In this document: positions 1 to 14,796 of the stretch, one piece after another | Layout: the number at the start of each line of letters is the position of its first letter | How positions within the stretch are numbered: position 1 is the first letter of the stretch | Origin: the human T2T-CHM13v2.0 reference genome, Homo sapiens | Reading direction: 5' to 3' (one strand) | DNA: 64,000 nt | Assembly: GCF_009914755.1 (NCBI RefSeq) | Contig: NC_060944.1 | Program-made: the position numbers and the translations under genes | The notes under the pieces: generated by a model | What the model was told of the DNA's origin: nothing | Databases searched by the model: none | The model's input: the letters and a program-made list of their open reading frames with translations, nothing else

Positions 1-619
1 AAATAGGCACACAGAGATCATTTTAGTTCTTAACTTGAATATCTTGGGATACTTCCTTTCCTCCTAGAGGTAGTATTTATTCTGTTTCTGGAAACAGGGC
101 ATGTAACTTGCTCTTTCTTTGGTGTAGACTACCATAATAAGAAAGGATGGAGGTAACTGCATGATTTTAATTGTGTCTTTTTGCTTTAGTAGAATGTCCT
201 AAAATGACACAAGTGAGAATAGTGTGAAAATAAATACATTCATTTATTGGTTAAGCTTTAAATGTGAGTGAAATTTTCTTCAACTAATTATAATACTAAA
301 TTAATTCTAGAATCTGTTTCAATGTAGCCATATAATTATGTAGAACTATAACCCTTTATTGCCCAGATAAATCTTGACCCTGAAATAATGTACGATAGAC
401 CCTCATCTGCTATAATTCTGAAAACTGCAGTAAGAAAGCCAAATTTTAATCCAAATGTTTCATGGTTCTTTGGGCTTCCAAGATGACAGGCTCATCAAAA
501 ACTATTCCTGACTTGGCCAGAAATGGAAAGATCTTCATTTTGATGGGTACAAATGAAGAAGCCACATAGATACATATTTGGACCAAGATTCCTTCCTTTT
601 GGCTTCGAGATCTTTCACT

Positions 620-2560
620 AACAGGACTGAACGAACCAGAATCAACAGTATTGGGAAAAGTAGATAACTAAAATATAAATTTTAACATGAACAAATTTAC
701 CAACTGATTCAGAAGAAACAGAAATCAGAGAAGAGATGGAACTTTAAAATAAATTTAAATTTTATCAGGGAGTTGTGGACAGACTCCTATGAAAAGGAGG
801 ACTTCAAGAGCAAGAAGGGATTCTTGGAAATTAAGTCTGATTGTTGACTTTTAAAAACAGCATATTAGCTGAAAGAAAAGATGCAGAACTTTTCTAGAAA
901 ACAGAACAAAGAACCAAGAGTTGGAAAAAAAAATTAATGAAAGTGGAGACATTAGAGAATCATTCCACGTGGTCCTACATCTTCTAATAGAGGGGAAAAA
1001 AAGTGGAGGAAATAAAGATGCGCACACACACAGATGTTTTAATTTAGCATTGGATCATCATCTCCCCTGGGCAGCATGTCTTTTAAAGTATCTCTAGTGT
1101 TAGCAGCTTGTTTTCCATCTGAGTTGGAAAATTAAATAACATTATTCACATTTTTATGTAAATGTTAGATAATATGCATGTATAATCACTTGATAAGTGA
1201 TAAGAAAAAGAATTTGAGTGGACCAGTAACTAAACACATTTTCACGATATTTCAGAATAGCAAGGAAAAGGAGAGGATGTTAAAAGAGTCCAGAAATGGG
1301 AGTGGGGTGGAAAGTTGACCACAAAGATAATTTCTAGGCCGGGCATGGTGACTCATGCCTATAATCCCAGCACTTCGTGAGGCCGAGGTGGGTGGATCAT
1401 GAAGTCAGGAGTTCAAGACCATCCTGGCCAACATGGTGAAACCCCGTCTCTACTAAAAATACCAAAATTAGCCGGGTGTGGTGGCGTGTGCCTGTAGTCT
1501 CAGCTACTCAGGATGCTGAGGCAGGAGAATCGCTTGAACTCGGGAGGCGGAGGTTGCAGTGAGCCAAGATCCCGCCAATGCACTCCAGCCTGGGTGACAG
1601 AGCTAGACTTCCTCTCAAAAAAAAAAAAAAAAAAAAAAGATAATTTCTAGAGGACTAGAGGACAAGGGAATGACTTCATGGTTTGGAGGTAAAATTATTC
1701 TGAACCTGCAATTTTGTTCTCAGACATACTGCACATTTACCAGGAAGGTGAAATAAACACATTTTCAGACAAGTAAGATCTACATTATTTGATCACCCCA
1801 GATCATTCCTAAAAGAATTAATGCAGTGTAAGCTCAATAAAACAAAAGAAGGAAATATGGGTTTCGAGACCAGGTGGAAAAACTAGACCAAGGAATGCAA
1901 TAAAAAAAATCTAAGACAATAGTTATTTGGCAAATCTTTTAAAGCAGAACAAAAAGTTGGCAAAATTACAATAGGATTTTTGGGGAACTCAGAAATCCTA
2001 AAAGCAAATGACATTTCCCTAACAGGAAGTGTGATGAAATGGAATGGTCTGAGTGAGTGGATGTAGTTTATACTGTTTAAGAGGGCTCCTTCTTCTCAGT
2101 TTTTCTTTGTTAATGTTTTTTGAGCAGCACAACTTTAGTGATAATATTGCATGGCTTTCTCTCTGCATTTATACTTACCACTTGTTTCTGCAGAGAACAA
2201 TTATGTAATTTTCATATTGTAAATGTTATTCATCCAATTTTAAAAACGTGTAAAAAATAGATAGTACAGAACATGATATCACCTTGACAAAGTAAAAGTA
2301 ATAATTAATGGAGAAAGGTTGGGAAGTAGAAAGGGGAAAAGAAATGAAGAGAAATACAGGGACTCTAATCTGTTATTTTACAGAGAGAGGATTTAAGAGA
2401 AACTCAGTTTGGTGAATTAAGAAAGAGAGGTTTAAATACAAGGCTGTAAAAGTCAATTAAAAAACGAAATATTGAAATAAAACTGGCAGAGATGGAGAGA
2501 AGGAGGGAATGGCATACTGTGGAGTTAAATGATAATTTCTCAGTAAACAAATCAAGAAAT
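620..2560 (+). mobile_element. Highly degraded old L1 (L1M/L1ME-like) fragments, interrupted by an Alu
   Basis: A-rich sequence resembling the old L1 ORF1 region (e.g. gacattagagaatcattcca...catcttctaatag). Boundaries are uncertain. Confidence 0.45.
1337..1638 (+). mobile_element. Full-length AluS (Sg/Sc-like)
   Basis: Dimeric Alu with poly-A tail. TSD aaagataatttcta at 1323-1336 and 1636-1649. Confidence 0.95.
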
Positions 2561-2594
2561 AGAGGTTTGAGCATATTATCTAAAGATACACTCT

Positions 2595-2905
2595 TCAACC
2601 CAGCATCCCAACCATGTGTGGTTATTGAGCCACTGAAAGGCAGCTAGTCCAAATTGAGATAGGCTCTAAGTATAAAATATATACCCAACTTTTCAAGACT
2701 TAGTATGAAAAAAAAGAATGTAGAATACTTCAATAATTTTTATATTGATTACATGAATTGATAATATTTTGGATGTATTTGGTTAAATAACATTTAATTT
2801 ATTAATATTAATTTTACCATTTAAAATTGTTCTTAATATTACTACTAGAAAATGTAAAATCACAAATGTGACTTACACTATACTTTTACTGAGCAGTCCC
2901 TGATC
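2595..2905. mobile_element. MER33 (hAT-Charlie DNA transposon)
   Basis: Matches the recalled consensus (gctagtccaaattgagat...gacttagtatgaaaaaaagaatgt...ctactagaaaat). Confidence 0.75.
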
Positions 2906-5196
2906 TAGAGATTTGGAGGTACATTTGAAGAATGGAAATTAGAAATGATTTATGTGTTCATACCATCCCAGAAGTGGACCAGGGTGCAATGGGAAAGGAA
3001 GAGCCTTTATATTATATTTTATATGTTTTAGAAAATTTTCATACTAAACACTGAGCAGTTTCAAAGGGCTATTTGTAAAGTATATGAAAAGCATGAGGAA
3101 TACTATGACAACAAACACCCTTAGTCACCACCCAGTTTAAGAAAAAATAAATAAAATACCATAGACTTTGAATGCATTTCCTCCTTCTACTTCAGGCTAG
3201 TGTACTGTTTTGATTTTCATTTTCTTAATAAACATAGTTATTCTCTTTTTGTAAAAAGTTTCTAATTGAAGGATATCTTGTGTAGTTTTTTGGCAGGGGT
3301 TGTTGAATAATTTGTCAGTATTAAATTTTAGAATGTGTGTGCCATTTGATGGCACAGTGGTTCCCTTTGAGAAATGTATTCTGTATGTTTTGAAAAATGC
3401 AGACTGCAAAAAAATGTATAGAGTGACATCATGTTAATTTTTAAAAGCATGTATGTTTATATAATTGTATAGTTATAGATCTACATATACATGTATATGC
3501 TGACATTGATGTATACATTTACTTGATATATATGTGTGTATATATGAGCTTATGCATATATAATAACTAGGACTAGTGCTTGTGTCTCAGAAGTCTTATT
3601 GGATTGGCAGAGGAGGGAACTTCATATTCTTGTTTTATAAATTTTCAGAGAGAGAGATGATCATAGAATTATGATTTTATTTACTTAGATTTGTTCATTT
3701 TCTGTATTTTTCAAGTAAAAATCCCTTAAAGAAATAAAATACATGTTGAAATATGTTCTAGCCCCGGAGACTATCTTAGAACAGAACACATTGCCTTAGA
3801 AGGTAAGAAGCAATATGTTTACAAATGAAAAAGAGGCTAAGTTGCATGAAAGTATTAAAGCCATTATTTTTCTTCTCTCCCACCCTAAGTATATTAGTCC
3901 AAGAGGCAAGTGTTCGCACTTTCAAAGCAATACTAAAATTGATTCTTTATCCCATCCTTTCAGTCTAAGACACTTTTAAAGAAACCACCAGTCTTCCTCC
4001 AGTGTGCTTCATTTTCTAACACAGTGTAAGAAGCATGTGAGCAGATCACATTAATGTAATGATGTGTGCTTCCAGCAGGACAATCAAAGCAAAGGGGATG
4101 CATGAATCTCTCTTTTTTTTTTTAATTTGCTGAGTGTAGACCATGTATAATTTTTGTTAATGTTTACTTCTTCTCTAATCATATATGTGCGTGTGCATTG
4201 AAAAGATTTTAGGAAATTCAAATTCCAAACAAGAAATTAAATACTTACAGTAATTCTGCCATCCAGATATAAACACTAATAATATTTTGTTGTATTTATT
4301 TCTAGAATGTCTAGACATATACATATAACCATTTTTAAAACTTAGGAAATATGCTGTGCATATGATTGTTTTTCTCATAGAATATTGTGAGTGCTGTTTC
4401 ATGGCATTGAATGTTCTTCATAAGCATAGTTTTAATGACTGAATTAGATCATTTTAGAGAAATCAATTAAAAATATTCTAAGAGTTTAAATTGGGAATGA
4501 ATATATCTTTGTGGTGAGGACTGAACATACTTCTTCTTTTACTTGACTTTGAGTATGTAATTGATTTCATAAGTAAAAAGATAATGAAATGTTTACCTTG
4601 TCATAATCAATAGTGATTTCCTAAGCTGTTAATGTTAGGTGAATGGAAGTCTTCCCCTGTGGATATGGAAGACATATCCAAGGACACATTGTTAATGAGA
4701 ACAGACTGGCTGTGCACTTCGATACTCTCCAATAAGTGAAAAAACAGAAACTTCATTAATGAAAAATGACATGGAGCTATATACCCTTGCATTTTAAGAC
4801 AAAGATGAATCTATATTCTGTCCTTGTCTCAAGGAGGCAGAAGGTTGCAGATTCCTTTTGGCTGTGTTGTTTACCTTTAACTAATGACTCATTTGGCATA
4901 AACCAGCATTATCAAGGTGAATTCCACCTGATCCAAGTCTAATACATGTCATACAAGACAGGATAAGGTGATCATTCTGGAAAGTGGGAATTTGGAATTG
5001 TGTCTTCTATCGTCAGTTGAATGAATGGGATAGGCTGAGCTGGAGGAGGAATGATTCTTTTGGGATATGGGGACCCAAGAACGAGTGCCATCTGAGAACC
5101 ATTAACTTTTTTTAAAAAGTGGAAGATCAGAGACATTCACAAGGACTATAATAAGAAAGAGTATGATAGCTCAACATGAGAGAATAGATGAGGTAG

Positions 5197-5250
5197 TCAG
5201 GTGAGTAGGTGAGTGAGCGAGTGAGTGAGTGAGTGAGAGAGAGAGAGAGA
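5197..5250 (+). repeat. (GAGT)n(GA)n simple repeat
   Basis: gtgagtgagcgagtgagtgagtgagtgagagagagagaga. Confidence 0.85.
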
Positions 5251-5689
5251 AGAGGGCGGAATTTATAAAGAGCATAGCTCCCACCTCCTGGATGCCTTCT
5301 GCAGGCCAGCCACTTGTCTCCCATGGGTTGGGAAGGGAGTTACCTGCAAAAGGAAGAGCATGGAGGATGAGGCAGGATTTCTTTTCACTTGGCATGTAAG
5401 GATGATGAGACTGGAGGAGTAGGAAGGAAGGAAGTAGCTTGAGGTAAACAGAGTTTTAATAATAGAGGAGTTTGAAGAGTTGACACTGTCTGGCATTCCA
5501 TGAGGAAACGAAGACTCCTTGTAAATGACTTGCAGAAGGTTACATGGTTTTTCACAGGAAGCTCCAGGAAGCTGCCTGGTACTGTTGGATATGGACATGA
5601 ACTATTTATTCCTCTAAGATCCTGACATCTGAGACAAAGCCAGGATGTTTTATACAACTCTGGACTAGATGTGTTCTCTGATGAAAAGT

Positions 5690-6130
5690 GAAACTGCATC
5701 CTCTTTGCATTGGAATTTGCAGGCACTCTCTCAAGCTGCTTTAAGTGAGAAAAAGGGGAACGTATTGAAAGAACACAAGGCTGTGTCCAGGAATCTCAGA
5801 GTAAGCAGGGGAGGATCTAAAAATATGAACTGGAAAGCTTTAAAGAATCCAGGCAGTGATTGATTTTCAGCGGCTCTCTTATCTCTGCTCTTCCAGTGCT
5901 GTTTTTCTCTGCCCTTGTTTCTCTGTATACATGAGGTTGGGTGACTGTCCTAGATATTTACATGCCTATTTCAGGCAGCTCTTAACTAGCATCCCTGAAG
6001 TTCAATCCCAAACTCTCAAGAGAGGAAGAAGCTGATCGGCTCATGTGCTCAGCTTTGAGCACATGTCCCTCCTTGGTCCAGTCAGCACTGGCCAGGGGCA
6101 AGATCCCAGCACAAATATGGGTGCCATGGA
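5690..6130. mobile_element. Old MaLR LTR (MLT1 family) fragment
   Basis: Degenerate MLT1-like motifs (ctcaagctgctttaagtgagaaaaagggg; gagaggaagaagctgatcggctc). Confidence 0.45.
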
Positions 6131-6309
6131 TAGCGTTGTGGATAGGGGTCTGATAATACTTGTCAAGGAAGAAAATTGTGGGCTGGAGTTCTCTAAAATT
6201 GACCACTACCTAAAATTGACCACTACCCTATGATATCTTAGCAGGTCTGGGACAGGGGACATGATCTTTCACCATCACTGTCTTTTCTTTTCTACCAACA
6301 AGAATATCT

Positions 6310-6460
6310 AGTCCCTTGCTATTGAAAGTATGGCCCATGGACCAGCAGCTTTAGCATCAGCTGGGAGCTTGTTAGAAATGCAGACTCTCAGGCCCTTCCC
6401 TAGGCCTATTGTGTTAGAGTCGCGTGGTAACAAGATACCCTGATAATTGTAGAGCACTGA
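6310..6460. mobile_element. MER5A
   Basis: ggaccagcagc...gggagcttgttagaaatgcagactctcaggccc hallmark. Confidence 0.8.
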
Positions 6461-7611
6461 CTTTTGAGAAATGCTAATTAGATGGAGGAGAGAATTAGGA
6501 ACCAACACAGACCAGGGCTACTGAGATGGCTTCTTCCACAGGTACCTGTCTCCTTTTATCTGGCAGCTAATTTGTTTTGGCCAAGCTTCAGCTAAGAGCT
6601 ATCCCCTGCCCTCACTGAGCTCTTATTTAAGGTGTTTCTGCTAGAAACTTGAGTTCAGGATGAGCTGGAGAGAGCTGCCTGTGTTCAAGAGAAAGATAGT
6701 TTTTGTGTCCATCTTATTGTGTATTGGTACCAAAGGGGTGATCAGTGGGATGAAAAAAGGAAAGAGAAAAGCAGTAAAGGTGTTAAAATCATGTCCAAAA
6801 GGCAAGTATCAGCAAGTTCATTTTTAATTAGTTATTACCTTGAGGTTACTTATATTCAATCATTATACTACACCTGTTTTCACTTCTGCCTCTGAAAGTT
6901 TTTTAACGTCTTTAAAAAGGCATCTTTTCATAAAGCTTAAGCTCTTTGTGGGCTAAATAACAAGTTTTGATTTAGGAGAAATTACTAGATAATTCTGTAT
7001 TAAGTCTATTTAGAATACAGACTCCCTCAAGAAACTCACCAGGTAGAACATCTGTGGCAGCAATTCAGAAATCCATGCCATTAATATTTCGGACTTTGAA
7101 GTCTAAAAAGATAAATTTCTGACACTCTACCTTGCAGGAACTCTGTTTTCCTTCATTTTCTCTTTTATACTCCCTAAAAGGCCCTGGGAACTAATGTGTG
7201 TCCTACAACCTGCCATTATTGTTAAATCAATCTGCTTATTTGCAGGAACGCTTTAATTATTTAGTAACCTGATTGGAAAATCCATATAAATTATTTTCTT
7301 ATAAAAATCCTTACTTTGTAATAGAAGTGATCAGATGGAAATAACAAGAATTTCTAATTCTGTGGGCAATCAGGTGGCCTCTCTCAATGGGGCCCTTCTG
7401 ACATGAATTCAGAACTTTCATCAGTGTTTATGTTGTTGGAGTAGAAATGTATAGTTTCACTGGATCATGTTGGAATTGTTGAAGCCAATTGCTGTAATGC
7501 ACTTGATTTTTTGTGACTAAATTTCTGTATTTATCAAAACAGTTTCATTTTGTCTGGAAATGTAATGTCCTTTTCTTGAATAGGCATGTGGAAGTATTTG
7601 GAAATCTTTGA

Positions 7612-7990
7612 AGTACTGTTTCTCAACCTGAGCTGCATATTGGAATCACCTGGGGAGCTTTGACAACTACTGATTCCTAGGACCCATCTCCAGAGAGTCC
7701 AGAGTAATTGCTCTGGGTGCAGCCTGGACTGTGGGATTTTTAATCCCTTCCCTCCCCTGAGATTCTAATGTGCAACCAGTGTCAAGAGACATCATCCTGT
7801 CGACCGTTTACCAAACAGGTGTGGATGTGGGCAGACAGGCTTGTCAAAATGCGTTTTCCCAGATGCCATCCCAAGACAACAAATTCATTAGTTTTGGGGC
7901 AACTCCAAGAATCTGACTATTTAAGCAAGTCCAAGCCCCATTGTGATTTTGATAGAGGAGGCCCTTGCACCACATTTAGAAACCCTTTCT
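7612..7990. mobile_element. Two MER5-family relics (about 7612-7790 and 7830-7990)
   Basis: ttctcaacctgagctgcatattggaatcacctggggagcttt...gattctaatgtgcaacc. The second copy is more degenerate. Confidence 0.65.
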
Positions 7991-8005
7991 TGGAGATTAT
8001 TTCTA

Positions 8006-8491
<486 letters not shown>

Positions 8492-8679
8492 TCACAGTGT
8501 TTTCGTTACCAGTTCTGTGGCCCTGGGTATGACACTTAATCTTTCTGGTGCTGTTTCCCTTCAACTCCAAAAAGAGGGCTTGGAGAATATTAATCTCAGG
8601 TCCTCTGAAGCTGCCATACTTGATTATTCTCTGATGGTAAAAATCTTCCATTAGCATAAATTCTTACAGAAACTTCTAG

Positions 8680-8885
8680 CAGTGCTGTTGATGGATGCCC
8701 TGCCTCAGTGGGTCAAAAAGCATAGTGCCTGGGCAAGCGGCAGCATGGTCATCTTGTTAGAAATGCAGATTCTCAGGCCCCACCACAGATTTACTGAAGA
8801 AGCATCTTGGGAATGGGTCCCAGCTGTTTTAACCAGCCCTTCAAGAGATTTCGATGCATGCTCAAATTTGAGGAGCACGCCTCTA
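8680..8885. mobile_element. MER5A
   Basis: cttgttagaaatgcagattctcaggccccacc...tcaaatttgaggagcac. Confidence 0.8.
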
Positions 8886-9044
8886 AAAATAGTACTTGGA
8901 AAAAAGAAAGTTGATAAGTATTCTTTTTACCTGTGGTGAAGAGAAATCATTTGCTAAACATATAAACATTTAAGACTATTTAGAAAGAAATGTTGGCAAG
9001 CAGCTTCAAGTGGAAAGGTAACTGTTAAGAGAAATACTGAAATC

Positions 9045-9262
9045 TACAGCCTTGCTATACAATGTGTGGTCTCCTGATGGGTCAACATTGCTATCTCTGG
9101 AGAACTGCAGAATCTCTGTCTCTGCCCCAGATCTACTGAATGAGAATCTGCTTTTTTTTGTTGTTGTTTGTTTGTTTGTCTGTTTTTGCTTGTATGTTTG
9201 TTTGTTTAACAAGCTCGCTTGGTAATTCATTTGCAGTTAAAGTCTGAGAAGCACTGTTCTAG
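9045..9262. mobile_element. MER5-family element with an internal (TTTG)n expansion
   Basis: tgcagaatctc...ctactgaatgagaatctgc[TTTG repeat]taacaag...aaagtctgagaagcactg. Confidence 0.7.
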
Positions 9263-10602
9263 ATAAAGATGTTAAGACCATAATGTCAGCTTTCTCTTAC
9301 TTTTGTAATGTGTACCTATCAGTAAACATTACTGTGAGGTGTCCCACCTCACACGTCTGAAATCAAATCCAGTAAAAAATTTTTGGCCCTGTAAGTTGGA
9401 TCCACACCTATATCAATTTAATAGTTAGTATCTGTTATTTTCATTGTGTTTTACCTGTTTGGGGCTTTTAAGCCTTTTTAAAAAACATTCCTTATGGAAA
9501 AAAATTGCTTAATACTGTCGCTTTCTTTTTCCTTTTCTTCCTCTTTTGAAAGCTGCCATTTCAGTCTGACTCCCTATAGTACTTGAACATTTTTAAATTA
9601 TTTTTTTCTAGTGTCTGACCACTTTTCTAAAATGGAGGCTGGGTAGAATATTGAGGGTTTGTTCTGTGGGTTTGATTTTATCTTGATTCATTGCTACATT
9701 TCTATATTTGTGTGGGTCTCAATAAAATTATAAATTAGAAGATTAATGTTAAAATGTTACAAATTATAAATTAAGTTAACATTAAACTGCAAAATGTATG
9801 GGAAAGAATCCTTAAGGATCTGCAGAAGAACCTTCTAAATTAACAGAGAACTAGCCTTGTGCAGCAGTACCTTAGGATAGAGATAGGCAACCTGAGATTT
9901 CACAAATAGAACAGAGCAAGTTTATGATAAAATGGGTGGAAATGGAGCACGACATACTACGTGTATATTCTTATGTAGCAACTTTTAAAAATAACTCTTT
10001 TAATCATTTGTTCCCTCCAAAACTTAGGTACTCTCTCTAGTCACAGTTCCTAGGTACTGGGAAATTTATTGGCTTCAAATTATGAGAAGAAAACAACAGT
10101 ATTAAAGTGATTTTCATTAAATATGTGCCAAATATGACATTTCTTCAACCATTTTGTCAACTAGGACATTATATCAACTTGTAACTTAAATCATCTTTAT
10201 GACTTATCTATAAGCTACATTTGCTGTGTGTGCCTTCACTATGTTTGCTATGATTTGGGGAATCAAGAAAAATTCCTAAAGCTAGGAATCTTAGAACACT
10301 GGCCTTACATGGTTAATTACTTCTTTTCTTCTGTGGTTATTCCATGTCTATTTTTCTGTTTAGAAGTAGAAATTAGTCAAGCTTTTTAAAATAATTATTA
10401 TTTGTAATAAAATATATCATAAAAGGGCAGTTTTTATTTGATTTTTGAGGTTATTTTTCTCTCTAGAAAATCAGTTATTGACCTTTTTGGGGGGTTAAAA
10501 CTCATCTGAAAATCTCATGAAAGCTGAAGAACCTGTGCTTAGATACATGAAAATATGTAGAAAAATATACATTTTGGGCTGAAGATTAACCTTCAGTGTC
10601 AG

Positions 10603-11046
10603 TGCTATAATTTGCATATTTGTCCCCTCCTGAATTTAAGTTGAAACTTAATCTCCAATGTGGCAATCACTTTAAGATGTGCTTGATTCATGATGGCCCT
10701 GCCCTCATGATAGATTTATTTGTTCATGGATTAATGGAGTAATGGGTTAGCATGGGAGTGGGTCTGTGGCTTCAGAAAAAGAGTAGGAGACACCTGACCA
10801 TGGTAGCATGCCTCCCTGAGGTGGCACAGGGCATCACATGGCAAGGAGGCTGAGTGTGCTAACATGGTTAGGTGTCTCTTTCTGTCACTTCTATAGAGAG
10901 TCTCCACCAGCAAGAAGGCCTTCACCAGATGCAGCTGCCTGACTTGGGACTTCTCCACCTCCATAACTGTAAGACATAAATTCCTTTTCTTTATAAACCC
11001 AGTTTCAGGTATTCTATTATAAGCAACAGAAAAGGGACTAAGGCAA
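10603..11046 (+). mobile_element. MST-family (MSTD-like) MaLR solo LTR with an internal inversion
   Basis: Starts tgctata...tttgtcccctcc, ends aagcaacagaaaagggactaaggca. Segment 10813-10878 is reverse-complemented relative to the consensus. Confidence 0.85.
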
Positions 11047-13089
11047 TCAATTAATTCAGTAAAGACTTTTTTGATGACAAAAACAAACTAGCAAAATTAA
11101 CTAGTATGTTCACCACAGGAGTTTTAAGTGAGACAAAGGTAACTTTTTGGTTCTCATTGAACCCATGGCTGGGTCTAGGGTCTTGATCAGTCTGATCATA
11201 CTTGGTTTCTTTCTGTTTCTCTGCCATGTCTTCTGCTGTGTTTGGTTTCATATTTCAGTCATTGACAGCTCCAGGCTGATATCCCATTATTCCAAACATA
11301 GCAGAATAAAGACTCTAATTTCAAAGTATCTCAAGTAAATCTCAGAACTGAGCTTGTGAATCTTGATTGCTTATATCTGGGTATTTTGTCCATTCCTGAA
11401 CCAAGATTATTCCATCTCCAGCTGTGGTAGGTCATAGCCCAAGTCACAATCTTTCACTTTTAGAGTCAGTTTCACAGGAACCTCGGGAACTAACAGCAGG
11501 AAAAGGAAGGATTTCTAGATAAACATCAGTGCCCTCTTATCCATACAAGGGGGACGATGTTAAGGGGGAAAGACTATCAACATCCACTGCAGAAGCAGAA
11601 ATGGTGTTAAGAGACAAAGACTATCAGCATCCACAACCATGAGCAACCACTGTTTTAGAGGTAAAGAAACTATATAATTAGCACAGGCCAACTCTTTTTT
11701 TATTTTTATAATGCCCAGACTACATGCATGTCTTAATCATTTCTTTTATATAAAATTTCTGTGCACCTAATGAGAAGGTATTTTTAGCTACACATCCATG
11801 ACCCTTATCCTCATTGTTGCATTTCTCCTCTGAACCTTGTCATCACCTACCTTGCCCAAAAGGCACTGCTTGTTTTAGCCATTGAGCAAGGTGGGTAAGC
11901 ATATTGAATTTGCTGTCATATCCTCCTTAAAGGTGCAGCAATGCAGGTCACATGGGATCAAAAAAATGAGGCTTATTCCTAATACTTTAGGCTATACTTG
12001 TGAAGCCTCATGGGAAGTTTTTCTTTAAACAAGTCTACAGCACTTATTTTAGGCTTAACTAATCTGATTAGTTGTTAACAGAAAAGGATATATTTAAAGT
12101 CCACGGATATGCAAACATTTAATCAGTGAGTATAGGTTTTATGTTCTGTCTTCATTTATCAGTGATGAGAGTGACCTTGGCTATGACCTCCCACAGCTAA
12201 GGATGGAATGCTTTTGGTTCAGGAATGGAGAAGATGCCAAGACCTGACCAATTAGGATGAACAAGCTCAATTCTGAGATTTTATTTGAAGTACATTGGAA
12301 GTGGAGTCTTTCTTCTGCTAGGGTTAATACTACTGGCATATTAGCCTGGAGCTGTCAGCCATAAGAGATAATATGTTCAACTATGTCATCATTCCAACAC
12401 AGTGAGCAAGGACTGAGTGCTACTGAAAAATCTGGTAAACAGAAGGTTGTTTCACTTTGGCTATATTTTGCTGGATTTAAATTGAACGTTTCTGAAACTT
12501 CTGAATAATTCTGTCATAGAAAGATCCACGACAGGGAACATTTTATAAATAAACTACTCTTATATCAACAGAGATCAAGGCAAAGAAAAGAAACCACTCT
12601 AGGTATTTCACACAGGAAAGATTTAATACATGGGGATTGGGTACTTAGAAAATGGCCTGAAATGCTGGTGAATGATGAGGAATGTTGTAGCCATCACTGG
12701 ACTTTTGAGTTCAAGAGCACACCCACTGTTGCTATAGCTGCTGTAATTTCCTCTAAAACCTGTATCTGTCAAATTGTGATTGCCAGGGGCAGTAGCAGCA
12801 GGAAGATGGCCACTGCCCTTTAAATATTTAAGTGCTTCTAACTGGTGAAACTCAGATGCATAGGAGTCTTGGAAATTTAATGTTTAACCTCCTGGCCTCC
12901 CTAACCAAGGAAGGGTGGGTTGGCAATATACAGACAATCCATAGTACATAATACAGTATTAAAAAAATGGGTTCCCCTGGGATTTTATTAATGAAGTTCC
13001 TTTTGTATTCAAGAGAAACTACCTGTCTATGACAGCTTAAAGTAATATTAAGCATCACTAAATGGTGAATTAAAGTTTTTTCTTTTTAT

Positions 13090-13460
13090 TTATTTTAAAA
13101 GGTACAAACAGTAAAATTCATACTTTTTGATATATTAGATTTGACAAATTCATTGAATCATGTTATCACTGTCATAATAGGATACAGAACAGTGTCTTTA
13201 CTCCAAAAAATTCTTGTCTGTTGTTTGTCTGTATTCCAGCTCTCTTCCCATCTATACCTCCTGGTAACCAAGGATATATTCTCCATCACTACTAGCTTTG
13301 CCTTTTCCAGAATGTCATGGAAAGGTAATCATACAATGTGTATTGAATGTGACATTAGTAGAATGCATTTGAGCCTCATCTATGTTGTTGCTTGTATAGG
13401 TAATCTATTTCTTTTTATTGCTGATCAGTATTCCATTGTGTGTATGTACCATTCATGACT
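13090..13460 (-). mobile_element. Old L1 3' end (L1MB/MC-like)
   Basis: ctggtaacca...tttgccttttccagaatgtcat...agtattccattgtgtgtatgtacca. Confidence 0.7.
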
Positions 13461-14229
13461 TACATTTTGAAAGAATCACATATTTCCTTTTATTCAAACT
13501 CTCCATATATTTTTAAAAAATAACATGGATATTATGAACCCTACTTGCAACTTCAAACTCAGTGTTCTTTATTGATGATTAATAAGGTTATATAGTTTAA
13601 TTATGATTCCTGGGTAGGATCAAGAAAATTAGACAAATCTCAAGAAATTTCCAGTCTAATATATAGATCAAGTATGCTACCTAGAATGTACCAAGTGCCC
13701 ATTTATGCCACCTCAATGAGTTTTCCAAAAAAAAACAAATATTTTTTAGATGAATTATTTGTTGATTTCCATACTATCATGGAAAGATCAGTGAATACCA
13801 CCCATATTTTCATTTGAAAAGATGGACTCATTTTTGGCCTTATTCACAGACAGCCTTTCTTCCAGACAAATTTCAGCATATTTTGATGACTCATTGTAGA
13901 AATTGGTTTATTATTTGCAGCAGGAGAAAGCATTGCTAGCCAACAGCTGAGAAAAAGAAAAGGTTACAACATTCTGTTTTAGGTCTCTAAAGGCCTTATT
14001 GGGCAGAATGTAATTTCCAGCTGTGGATTCATCCAGCCTTTGAGGACTTACCCCTGCCTGTTTTCTGAAGTGTTCTATGATTGTTCATTACCTCAAGTTG
14101 TCCATTTTACATCTTATTTGAAAGCAGGACCCTGACAGTGCTAAACTTTCTCAGGCTCAGCTGAACTGTCAGAGGTAAAGAAACCAAGAAGTTTGCTTGT
14201 ATTTATTCTACCCCAGACATTCTGCATAT

Positions 14230-14402
14230 TACATTCATTATCTCACAACTTTATCAGGTAGGTAGTAGTGTTACCAACATTTAACAGTTAAGGAAGCTGA
14301 AGTTGAAAGAAGTTAGTTACCATTCCCAGGATTTACATAGCTCATTCAAGAATTTTTGAACCCAGGACTCTCTGGTAACAAAGTTTATGCTTACAACCAT
14401 TT
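14230..14402 (-). mobile_element. MIR
   Basis: Degenerate MIR core and tttgaacccagg. Confidence 0.6.
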
Positions 14403-14796
14403 TGCATTTAAGCTTTCTGTCATTTAGAAGACATTGACGTTGTCATTACTATTTTTTATACATGAATTATGTGCATCTATAATTAAGATGACAACTGCTT
14501 GTCCAGATTACTTATCCCTGTAAAAAAATGTTTCCGAACAATGTGAAGTGTGAGTAAATAATACATCCTGCATAAAATGTTTTGTGGATCAATGAGATGG
14601 CTTATTAGAAACACTTAGCTTCTTCCAAGAAGGGTTTCCAAAATAGCAAATGTAGTAGAATTCTTTATAACACTTGTACCTGGAGTCAGAAGTCACACGT
14701 AACATCAGACTAACTATATCAGTTGGGGCTTTTAGGGTTGTGCTTTTTGGATTTTAGAGGGATGTGATTTGACCTTTGATTAAGAAGGCATCATGG

